The notes below the pieces were generated by a model. The model was given only the letters and a program-made list of their open reading frames with translations. It made no database searches and had not been told where the DNA came from. Below are positions 17,906 to 26,081 of a stretch of 38,697 bases of DNA, in pieces (position 1 is the stretch's first letter; each line of letters starts with the position of its first letter). Source of the stretch: an uncultured bacterium (GTDB taxonomy: Bacteria > Latescibacterota > UBA2968); contig CAYYGZ010000010.1 in NCBI GenBank assembly GCA_964471275.1, forward strand, positions 1 through 38,697, read 5' to 3'. A program made the position numbers and the translations under genes.

Positions 17906-19377
17906 GGGGCCTAGACCGGTGCAGGTTTCTCCTCGCGATCGGACTCTGTTTCCTCTCGCTTGGCGGCACCTCCGTCGCCTATGACGCGGAACTCTGGACC
18001 CATTTCACCAGCCAGAACACCGTTACATCCATCGCGGAAGGTGAGAGTGAGATCTATTTCGGCACGTTCGGAGGAATTCGACGCTACCACCGCTTCCGCG
18101 AAATTTGGCTACGGCCGATAACGACGGCGGACGGCTTGCCCGACAACCAGGTCGAGCAGCTGACGTTCGACCCCACGACGGGTGACCTGAGTATTCGGAC
18201 GAAGACCGGTACGGCTCGGTGGATGTCTCGCCTGGAGTCCCTGACGCTGGGGGGATTCCCCGAACTGAACGCCGTGAACTACATCCCCGCCATACCGAGT
18301 GTTGTGCCTCCCTTCGGCTACTACATCAACGGGAACATCGTCCGGGGCCCGAACAGAAACTACCGGATCCTCGACGCACAGATTGACACCTGGGACAACC
18401 TCTGGATCGCCACGGACGGACTGGGCGTCGGTCACGCGAACCTCAATTTCAGAGAACTCAAGTTTCTGCAGTCAGGCCCTCTTGTCCAGAACGTGACCGC
18501 TCTCGAAATCGACGGCGCGTCGGTCTGGGTTGGCGGCCAGGATGATTTCGACGTCTACACACGCGGGATGAGCAGATACGACCGGGAGACGGAGAACTGG
18601 GCGTATTACGAACCCGGCGCGATCAGACGTCTCGACGATGCGCAGACCGCCGATATCCTGGCAGACAGCACGGATGTGTGGTTCGCGACGAACCGGGGTG
18701 TCGTCCGATACCGCAGGGCCGAAGACGCCTGGGATACCTACCGATACGGCAGGGGCGCTTCGACCAGTCACATCAGATCCACGACGTCCCTTGCCCGGGG
18801 CCGAGGACGCATCTGGCTGGGCACTCGGAGGGGGCTAGCCGTCCTAGATCTGGGCTCGGACACGCTCAGAACCGTGCCGGGCAGCACAAACTTCCGAATC
18901 CGGGATCTCGCCACCGGCTCTCGCTACGTCTGGGCAGCCACGAACAAGGGGCTGTTCCGGTGCCCGATCGACGACGTCACCTGGGCCCCCGTGAAATCAC
19001 ACGCCGCCGCCACCCAGCCGATTCTGGCGCTGGATGCCTCCGGTGACACTACCTGGGCTCTCGCGGCCATACCGCCGGTTCTGTTGATCTCGACCCATCC
19101 GGACAGTCTCTGGCGAGCGCTCGACCTGCCGGAAGCAGGCGGAAGCCCGGCCGCCAGCCTGTCGGCGGCCGGGGAACGTGCCTGGATCGGGACACAATTC
19201 GGTGTCATCCGGGCAAATACACGAAACGGGGGAACCACATCCTACAGTCAAATAGATGGATTACTCGACGACACCGTCCACATCGTTGAGATCGAGGGCC
19301 CGGATGTGTGGATTGGCACGCGTTCGGGCCTCAGCCGCTACCGCTGGTTGGATAATTTTCGAGATCCCGAAAACTGA
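17902..19377 (+). CDS. Secreted beta-propeller repeat protein (two-component-regulator-propeller-like)
   Basis: N-terminal signal peptide; repeated W(I/F/L)(G/A)TxxG(L/V) blades and DGL(P/L)D(N/D)xV motifs; GTGA overlap with ackA. Confidence 0.75.
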   Translation: MRGLDRCRFLLAIGLCFLSLGGTSVAYDAELWTHFTSQNTVTSIAEGESEIYFGTFGGIRRYHRFREIWLRPITTADGLPDNQVEQLTFDPTTGDLSIRTKTGTARWMSRLESLTLGGFPELNAVNYIPAIPSVVPPFGYYINGNIVRGPNRNYRILDAQIDTWDNLWIATDGLGVGHANLNFRELKFLQSGPLVQNVTALEIDGASVWVGGQDDFDVYTRGMSRYDRETENWAYYEPGAIRRLDDAQTADILADSTDVWFATNRGVVRYRRAEDAWDTYRYGRGASTSHIRSTTSLARGRGRIWLGTRRGLAVLDLGSDTLRTVPGSTNFRIRDLATGSRYVWAATNKGLFRCPIDDVTWAPVKSHAAATQPILALDASGDTTWALAAIPPVLLISTHPDSLWRALDLPEAGGSPAASLSAAGERAWIGTQFGVIRANTRNGGTTSYSQIDGLLDDTVHIVEIEGPDVWIGTRSGLSRYRWLDNFRDPEN

Positions 19378-19403
19378 GTTACATCAGGTGGGCTAATCGT
19401 TTC

Positions 19404-19459
19404 TTGCATTAGATTAAGGCGGATGTATCATGCAAAGAAATGACGTGACACCGGTCACC
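19404..19459 (+). promoter_or_regulatory. Putative promoter with inverted repeat and CRP-like operator upstream of the third BMC-H gene
   Basis: TTGCAT-16 nt-TATCAT framed by TTTCTTGCAT / ATGCAAAGAAA; CGTGA-CACCGG-TCACC at 19444-19459. Confidence 0.45.
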
Positions 19460-19646
19460 CGATTTGTTACTTTTTTACACGTCGCTGTTGAGGCGGTACC
19501 CCTAAGAAGCGAGTTTTCTCTTGCTCAAGTTGATATAAAACAGCTATTTGCCCTTAGCGGTCATCGTGCGCATGTGCATAAGCGATGGCCGCTTGTGTTT
19601 GCCTGAGATATCGGTGTCAGGGCGGTTACGAATCGGAGTAGGTAAG

Positions 19647-20090
19647 ATGGCGCAGCAGGCGCTTGGACTAATAGAAACAAGGGGCTTCGTTGGCGTAACG
19701 GAGGCGGCGGACGCGGCGGTCAAGGCGGCTCCCGTACAGGTCAGTGGCTACGAAAAGGTCGAAGGCGGGCTCGTCTCCATTCGCCTTCTGGGCGATGTTG
19801 GCGCCGTCAACGCTGCCGTAAGCGCCGGGGCCTTGGCGGCCAGCGCGATCGGTGAGCTCGTATCACAACACGTGATTGCCAGCCCCCACGATGATCTTGT
19901 TGCCGTGTTCGAGTTGAACGGCAGCGACGCGATCGACACATCGAATCTGGACACCCTGTCCGTCACACAGCTGAGACGTCTGGCCAGAGACACAGAAGGG
20001 CTCAGAATCCAGGGCCGCGAGATATCGCACGCGAACCGTGAGCAGCTGATTCAGGAAATCGAAGCCGCGAGACAACCTCAGGCGGAGTAA
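19647..20090 (+). CDS. BMC-H shell protein with C-terminal Rho-N-like helical extension
   Basis: ALGLIETRG...EAADAAVKAA, GDVGAV.AAV, HVIASPH; tail LDTLSVTQLRRLAR...GREISHANREQLIQEI. Start ATG 19647 with GGAG RBS. Confidence 0.9.
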   Translation: MAQQALGLIETRGFVGVTEAADAAVKAAPVQVSGYEKVEGGLVSIRLLGDVGAVNAAVSAGALAASAIGELVSQHVIASPHDDLVAVFELNGSDAIDTSNLDTLSVTQLRRLARDTEGLRIQGREISHANREQLIQEIEAARQPQAE

Positions 20091-20111
20091 GCAACTCGGG
20101 AGGATGACGGG

Positions 20112-20444
20112 ATGGATTCACTCTGGGACAAGATCAAACAGAGCTTGATCGACAGCGCGAGTGTCGCTGCGGAAAAGGCCGAATACCTCGGTAAAATCGG
20201 GCGTGCGCGCCTGGACATCGCGGAGACAAGGCACGCCATCCGAGATCGCTTCGCAGACCTGGGCGGTCTGGTCTACGAGAGCCTCCAATCAGACGACGCG
20301 GCGGATCTCGTGGGCAAGCCCGAGATCAAGGGGCTGATTGACACGATCTCCGAGCTTGAAGATGAATTGAAGAGTCGCGAGGAGGCGCTGAGCCTTCTCC
20401 GAGCCGAGGAAACCGAAGCGACGGCAGACCCGGCATCAGAGTAG
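20112..20444 (+). CDS. Conserved-type hypothetical helical/coiled-coil protein
   Basis: RBS GGAGG; MDSLWDKIKQ...A.EKA....KIGR.RLDI...F.DLG..VYE pattern; heptad-rich C-terminus. Confidence 0.75.
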   Translation: MDSLWDKIKQSLIDSASVAAEKAEYLGKIGRARLDIAETRHAIRDRFADLGGLVYESLQSDDAADLVGKPEIKGLIDTISELEDELKSREEALSLLRAEETEATADPASE

Positions 20445-20472
20445 ATCAGATTTTTTGCGCGGCTTTCTGGCG

Positions 20473-20501
20473 TTCACTGCCGCGACTGGATATGATACAA
20501 T
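20473..20501 (+). promoter_or_regulatory. Putative sigma70 promoter (extended -10) for the sigma factor gene
   Basis: TTCACT-17 nt-TACAAT with TGn extension. Confidence 0.65.
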
Positions 20502-20814
20502 GAGGAGATTCCGTTAACCACTTCCCGACCCCTCGGGAACCGCATCTTTCGAAGATCAGACACGGTCATCGGCGCGAGCAAGCGCAACACCAGCGCATCG
20601 GTCCTCCGACAATTCGGCCGGGACGAGACCTGATCATTAGAAGGGCGCTTTTTTTGCAGGAGGGACCAGAGCCTATGTGAGCTCCCCGCTCAAATCGTGA
20701 GCCAAACTGATACGAAACACATCAGGGTTATTTCCCGGGAACGGCATCCACACCGGATGGGGTTCCGCCAAACAGCACCGAACTCCCCAGGTGCCAACGA
20801 GGAGCGGCTGACGA

Positions 20815-21672
20815 GTGGCAAAACTGTCGAAGAAGCCTTACGCGCGAGAAGATGAATCCCTCGATCAATATCTCCAGGAGATCGGGGAAGTGAACCTGCT
20901 CACCGCTGACGAGGAGGTCACACTAGCAAAGAGAATCAAAAAAGGAGATCAAGACGCCTTGGAAAGACTCACAAAGGCGAACCTTCGGTTCGTTGTGAGT
21001 GTAGCAAAGCAGTATCAGAACCAGGGGTTGTCGATGGGGGATCTCATCAACGAAGGGAACCTTGGCTTGATCAAGGCGGCAAAACGCTTCGATGAGACCA
21101 AGGGATTCAAGTTTATTTCTTATGCAGTCTGGTGGATCAGGCAGGCGATCCTCCAGGCATTGGCCGAGCAGTCACGGATTGTCCGCCTCCCGCTCAACCG
21201 GGTCGGGGCACTCCACAAGATCGGCAAGGCCTCAAGCGGGCTCGAGCAGGAATACGGTAGAGAGCCAAGCCCGGGCGAGATCGCCGACGAGCTCGAGATG
21301 AGCGACTACGAGGTGATGGATACCCTCAAGATTTCGTCGCGTCATCTTTCACTCGACGCCCCCTTCAACGAGGGTGAGGACAACAGTCTACTCGATGTCC
21401 TCGACGATCAAGCTCAGGATCCGCCGGATGAGCCGTTGATCGATGACTCGCTCAAGCGGGAAATCGACAAGGCGCTGGCGACACTGACCCCCCGGGAAGC
21501 CGAGGTAATCAGCCTGTACTTTGGGATCAACAGGGAGCAGTCACTGACGCTTGAGGAAATTGGTGAACGGTTTGGGCTGACACGCGAGCGTGTCCGCCAG
21601 ATCAAGGAGAAGGCGATCCAGCGTCTCCGGCATAATTCCCGGAGTCGTCCGCTAAAATCCTACCTCTTCTAG
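20815..21672 (+). CDS. rpoD: RNA polymerase sigma70 factor RpoD/SigA, short form lacking region 1.1
   Basis: YLQEIG (1.2), [59 protein letters not shown]. Confidence 0.93.
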   Translation: MAKLSKKPYAREDESLDQYLQEIGEVNLLTADEEVTLAKRIKKGDQDALERLTKANLRFVVSVAKQYQNQGLSMGDLINEGNLGLIKAAKRFDETKGFKFISYAVWWIRQAILQALAEQSRIVRLPLNRVGALHKIGKASSGLEQEYGREPSPGEIADELEMSDYEVMDTLKISSRHLSLDAPFNEGEDNSLLDVLDDQAQDPPDEPLIDDSLKREIDKALATLTPREAEVISLYFGINREQSLTLEEIGERFGLTRERVRQIKEKAIQRLRHNSRSRPLKSYLF

Positions 21673-21695
21673 CCGGGAGGTTCCACCACGGTAGC

Positions 21696-21732
21696 AAAAG
21701 GCCACGATCTCAGTCCAGGATCGTGGCCTTTT
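21696..21732 (+). terminator. Rho-independent terminator (potentially bidirectional)
   Basis: AAAAGGCCACGATC / GATCGTGGCCTTTT. Confidence 0.88.
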
Positions 21733-21810
21733 ACCGTTCTTCATCGGGTCTCGTGTGCTTAGATGTTGTTTTTTCAATCACTTGCGCACGCAATGAGACT
21801 GCCGGTTTCC

Positions 21811-21839
21811 TTGACCCATATCCCCAAATCCCTTACTTT
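21811..21839 (+). promoter_or_regulatory. Putative sigma70 promoter
   Basis: TTGACC-17 nt-TACTTT upstream of the small exported protein. Confidence 0.55.
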
Positions 21840-21939
21840 ACGTCGTCTAGATTGACATCTCAGAACGCCGGGCGAGACACGCCTTAATTCACAGTTTTCG
21901 GCCGTGTATCGCCTCATACTCACATCCTTGGAGGTTCCG

Positions 21940-22185
21940 ATGTCTATGCAGAAACTGACCCCCTATTTGCTCCTCGTCGTAGCCGTGCTCCTTGCGGCCA
22001 ACCTGATCAGGCCGCTCGTCGCGCCGCAGCCCGCGCATGCAGAGAGCCACGAAGGAAGCGACGTGGCGCTCACCGGTACGGGTGCGAATGCGTGGCTCGT
22101 CAAGGGAAGCACGGTCTACTACCTAAAGTGGGAGAACCAGTTCGAATCGATTCGGATCTACGGGCCCGAGGAGATTGAGCAGTAA
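21940..22185 (+). CDS. Small exported/membrane-anchored hypothetical protein (81 aa)
   Basis: GGAGG RBS; hydrophobic N-terminus ending in AHA cleavage-like site; short beta-rich mature part. Confidence 0.7.
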   Translation: MSMQKLTPYLLLVVAVLLAANLIRPLVAPQPAHAESHEGSDVALTGTGANAWLVKGSTVYYLKWENQFESIRIYGPEEIEQ

Positions 22186-22271
22186 ATGACGGTTCGCAGC
22201 TACCCAGGGATACGTTGCCGGGAGACGCACGCCGTTTCCCGGCAGCTTTTTACGCACGCGTGTAGCTGACC

Positions 22272-23312
22272 ATGGCACTCCACGAATACACCGGCGTAAT
22301 CCACGCACATTCGACACACTCCGATGGGTCCGGTACTGTCGAGGAGATCATCTCTGCGGCCCAGGAGGCCGGAATCGATTTCCTAGTCCTTACCGATCAC
22401 AATACGCTCGAGGCAAGGGAGATGGGTCACGAGGGCTGGCACGACACGGCCCTTCTGATCGTCGGGGACGAAGTATCCAGCCGGGACGGACACTGTCTGG
22501 CGTTGGGAACACGCGAGCACGTGAACCATCGACAGAACCTGCCCCGCATCCTCGAAGGGATCCGCGAAACAGGCGGACACGGGTATGTCGCCCACCCGCA
22601 CGGCCGATACAGACCGATCCTGAAGACCCGGGATCATAGCTGGAAAGACTGGTCGGCTGACGACATCACGGGGTTGGAACTCTGGTCTTACATGTTCGAT
22701 TGGGCATCCGGCTTCCACTACATCCGGTTTCCCCGGTACTACCGGGATCCTGATGCCTGCTTAAGAGGCCCGGATCCGGAGACCGTGGCCAAGTGGGATG
22801 AACTTTGTCAGAGCAGACGTGTAGTTGCTCTAGGGGGTGTGGATGCCCACGCACGCAAACTGCCGTTGCTGCCGGTCGTCGTCTTCCCCTATTGTCAGCT
22901 ATTCAGGACGATCCGTACGCACGTGCTCAGCGAGCAGCCACTCGAGCACCGGGCAGACAAAGATATCGATACGATCCTCGGGGCGATCGCCGATGGCTCG
23001 TGTTTCCTCGCTCTTGGCGGGCTTGCGGATGCGGGAGGGACGCGGTTCACAGGCCGGGACGGCGAGCTGTCGATGGGGGCCGAGGCGACCTTCGAGCAGC
23101 CGGTCGAGCTGGATATCCGGGTACCCGTATCCACGGACATCACGCTGCTCAAGGACGGATCCCCTATCCGGACACAGACAGGCAAATCAATGCGCCACAC
23201 GGTGGATCGGCCGGGCGTATACAGGGCTGAGGCCCGTTTGGGGAACCGGCCCTGGCTGTACACAAACCCGATATACCTGAGACGTCACCCTTCGGACCAA
23301 ACAAACCTATGA
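22272..23312 (+). CDS. PHP-domain metallohydrolase
   Basis: HAHSTHSDG, LTDHN, G.E, H.L, AHP, GGVDAH; C-terminal Ig-like part ending YTNPIY. Confidence 0.88.
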   Translation: MALHEYTGVIHAHSTHSDGSGTVEEIISAAQEAGIDFLVLTDHNTLEAREMGHEGWHDTALLIVGDEVSSRDGHCLALGTREHVNHRQNLPRILEGIRETGGHGYVAHPHGRYRPILKTRDHSWKDWSADDITGLELWSYMFDWASGFHYIRFPRYYRDPDACLRGPDPETVAKWDELCQSRRVVALGGVDAHARKLPLLPVVVFPYCQLFRTIRTHVLSEQPLEHRADKDIDTILGAIADGSCFLALGGLADAGGTRFTGRDGELSMGAEATFEQPVELDIRVPVSTDITLLKDGSPIRTQTGKSMRHTVDRPGVYRAEARLGNRPWLYTNPIYLRRHPSDQTNL

Positions 23313-25696
23313 ACACGAACTTTGCGAGCCTCAACCGAATCGTCGCGGCGATCGTCTTCATGTTCACGCTGATCTGTTACTTCGTCACCGTGGCGCCGAC
23401 GGTCGCTTTCTGGGATTGCGGTGAGTTTATCACCACGTCCTACATCCTGGGTGTGCCTCATCCTCCGGGAGCGCCGCTGTACACGCTGCTCGGCAGGCTC
23501 TTCAGTATGATGACATTCCTAGGCGACGAAATCGCGCTTCGTGTGAACTTCCTCTCTGTATTGTCCGGTGCCATCACGGTGCTCTTCGTCTATCTGTGCG
23601 TCGTCAGGCTCCTGTCCACGTGGCTGGACAGAGAGAACGCGCAGGAGAAGATCGCCATACTGGTCGGGGGAACGGTCGCAGCCCTGTCAGTCGCCTTCTC
23701 GACCTCCTTCTGGGGAAACGCCAGCGAGGCTGAGGTCTACGGCCTCTCGATGTGCATCACGGTGATCGCCTACTGGCTCGCACTCCGCTGGGACGACGGC
23801 CACAAGAACCCGATCAGTGATCGCCAGCTTCTCCTGATCGCCTACCTGTTCGGTCTCGGGGCAGGCGTCCACCTCCAGGCGCTGTTGACCGTTCCGGGAA
23901 TCCTCATCCTCGTCTTCTCGGATCTGATGAAGAATCACCCGACTCGGAAGCAGATTGCCGCAGTTGTCGGCCTCATCATCTACCCTTTCGCGGCAATCTT
24001 TCTGCCCTCGGTCATCACCGCCGCGATCACCGTCGTGATCCTAATGGCCCTGCTCCACCTCAGACCCGAGTGGAAGAACCCGGTCTTCTGGACGGCCTGC
24101 GCAGTGCTTTTCGGTCTGGGCTTCTCGACCTATATCGCGCTCTTCGTCCGTTCCGGTCTAAACCCCCTGATCGACATGAACAACCCCGAGTCGTGGGAAA
24201 ACTTCAAGTCCTTCCTCGGACGGCAGCAGTATGGGACGCATTTCTCCTGGCCAAGACGGTCTGATTTCTGGGCATACCAGATCAACATCCACATCAAATA
24301 CTTCCTGCAGCAATTCCCCTTCTACAACGATGGATTCCTGGGTTGGGAATCGATCTTCCGGAAGGCGGTGCCGACCTCCGAGAACAGCGAGGTCCAGGCC
24401 TATTCGCTCATCACGCTCACCTTCGGAATCGGCGGAGCCTACTACCACTGGAAGAACGACTGGAAACGGTTCGCCTCCATACTCTCGATGTTCGCGCTCA
24501 TGGGATTGGGTCTCGTCCTCTACCTCAACATGCCCGACCCCGAGCCCCGAGAGCGAGAGTATATCTTCGTCGGCGCCTACACGTTCTTCGGATGTTGGAT
24601 GGGCATCGGTGCAGCCGGTCTGGTCGCCGCCGCCGGACGGTCCCTGAACGCCTCGATCACGACGCCCGTCGTCGCAGCCTGCTGTCTGATCCTGCCGCTC
24701 GGGATCCTCGACTCCAATTACCACTCGCACGACAGACGCGGTGACAAGATCCCCTACGACTACGCATACAACATCCTGCAGACGTGCGAGCCCAACGCGA
24801 TCCTGTTTACAAACGGGGACAACGACACCTACCCGCTCTGGTTTCTCCAACATACCGAGGGAGTCCGTCAGGATGTCCGGATCGTGAACCTTTCTCTGAT
24901 CAAGACCGCCTGGTATATCGAGCAGCTTCGCGACCTCGAGCCGAGCATACCCATTGGACTGACAGACGAAGAAATTGTCGGGAAGATGGTCGCCTACCCC
25001 TGGACGGACCCCAAGGATATCGAAATCGCCGGACTCAAGATCACGGGAACGGACATACCCACCGCGCACTATCGGTCAGGGTCGGGAATGGTTCCCGTGA
25101 TCGAAGCCCACACCGTCATGATCTGGTGGATCATCGACAAGATCAGGTGGACACGTCCCATCTACTTCGCGGTAACCGTGCCCAGCAGTAACCAGGCCGG
25201 GCTGCGACCCTACCTGTCGATGGAAGGCATGGCCTATCGTATCGTTCCCGAGCACGGTCCCGGCCAGTTCGACCCGGCCCGCACAAGGCGAAACCTGATC
25301 GAGACATACCGCTACCGTGCGATCAACCAACCAGGGATCTACAAGGATCCCGTTGCTCGGCGTCTCCTCGGAAATTATCTCGTCCTTTTTGAAGGGCTTA
25401 CACAGGCGCTGACGGCGATGAAAGACTATGGCGGGGCCTACGAGGCACTCCGGTTCGCGGAGACAAACATCCCGCCGCACGCGATGGACGATGACCGGAT
25501 GTGGAAGTCACTTTCATACCGATACCGCGATATCGCACGGGGTTACCACGACCGTGGAGACACGGACAGCGCAGTTGTCGCTTTGGAAGACCTGCTGAGA
25601 GTGAATCCGGACCTCGGGAGCGCCGACGCGATCCAGAGCATCCTTGACCTGTGGAAAACCGAAAAGGATCAGCCGGAGGAATCTGCCATCCCTTAG
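23309..25696 (+). CDS. DUF2723 / TMEM260-like membrane glycosyltransferase
   Basis: TVAPTVAFWDCGEF, GVPHPPGAPLY, SFW..A.EAEVY, PREREY, ILFTNGDNDTYPLW, VRQDVRIVNLSL; ATGA overlap with PHP gene. Confidence 0.88.
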   Translation: MNTNFASLNRIVAAIVFMFTLICYFVTVAPTVAFWDCGEFITTSYILGVPHPPGAPLYTLLGRLFSMMTFLGDEIALRVNFLSVLSGAITVLFVYLCVVRLLSTWLDRENAQEKIAILVGGTVAALSVAFSTSFWGNASEAEVYGLSMCITVIAYWLALRWDDGHKNPISDRQLLLIAYLFGLGAGVHLQALLTVPGILILVFSDLMKNHPTRKQIAAVVGLIIYPFAAIFLPSVITAAITVVILMALLHLRPEWKNPVFWTACAVLFGLGFSTYIALFVRSGLNPLIDMNNPESWENFKSFLGRQQYGTHFSWPRRSDFWAYQINIHIKYFLQQFPFYNDGFLGWESIFRKAVPTSENSEVQAYSLITLTFGIGGAYYHWKNDWKRFASILSMFALMGLGLVLYLNMPDPEPREREYIFVGAYTFFGCWMGIGAAGLVAAAGRSLNASITTPVVAACCLILPLGILDSNYHSHDRRGDKIPYDYAYNILQTCEPNAILFTNGDNDTYPLWFLQHTEGVRQDVRIVNLSLIKTAWYIEQLRDLEPSIPIGLTDEEIVGKMVAYPWTDPKDIEIAGLKITGTDIPTAHYRSGSGMVPVIEAHTVMIWWIIDKIRWTRPIYFAVTVPSSNQAGLRPYLSMEGMAYRIVPEHGPGQFDPARTRRNLIETYRYRAINQPGIYKDPVARRLLGNYLVLFEGLTQALTAMKDYGGAYEALRFAETNIPPHAMDDDRMWKSLSYRYRDIARGYHDRGDTDSAVVALEDLLRVNPDLGSADAIQSILDLWKTEKDQPEESAIP

Positions 25697-25735
25697 GCGG
25701 TCCCTTCCACGCACAGAATCGGGCAGATAGAAATT

Positions 25736-25771
25736 GAGCCGGTGGTCGTACGACCATCGGCTCTTCTTATT
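25736..25771 (+). terminator. Rho-independent terminator
   Basis: GAGCCGGTGGTC-GTAC-GACCATCGGCTC then TTCTTATT. Confidence 0.8.
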
Positions 25772-26081
25772 GACCTGGATTCTTCGTGAATTGAAGTCAG
25801 TTCAGCGGGTGTGCGGCGTCAGTTCGAGCGCTAGTCGAGAACCGCCCATAGCGTAAGATGAGAAGCGACTCTGCGTTTCCTCGGCTCTACAGGGCAGCTT
25901 ACGTGACAGATCACTGACTGGAGGTCCAGGCTCCTGCCCTGTCGCCTATCGGGAGTGTGCTCCCCGCTTCACCATAGCTGAGCGGCCGCGAGCAGGCTGA
26001 CGCATCGTGTTGGCGCGACGCTTAAGCTCATCGACAAGCTTGTTTGTTAATGATCCGGGTTGGTAATCGTGCAGACGGCTT

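Noticed and set aside
19464..19481. Rex/CRP-like TTGTTAC-TTTT-TTACAC
   Set aside because: Half-site spacing is one base short and the symmetry is poor
20700..20740. c-di-GMP-I riboswitch-like GCCAAAC...GAAA stem
   Set aside because: Lacks the downstream GACGCAAAGC segment and the P3 receptor
25772..26081. Possible tmRNA, RNase P, tRNA-Sec or hammerhead ribozyme
   Set aside because: No tRNA-like ends or T-loop, no RNase P P4 motif, no CUGAnGA/GAAA core; kept only as an unclassified structured candidate
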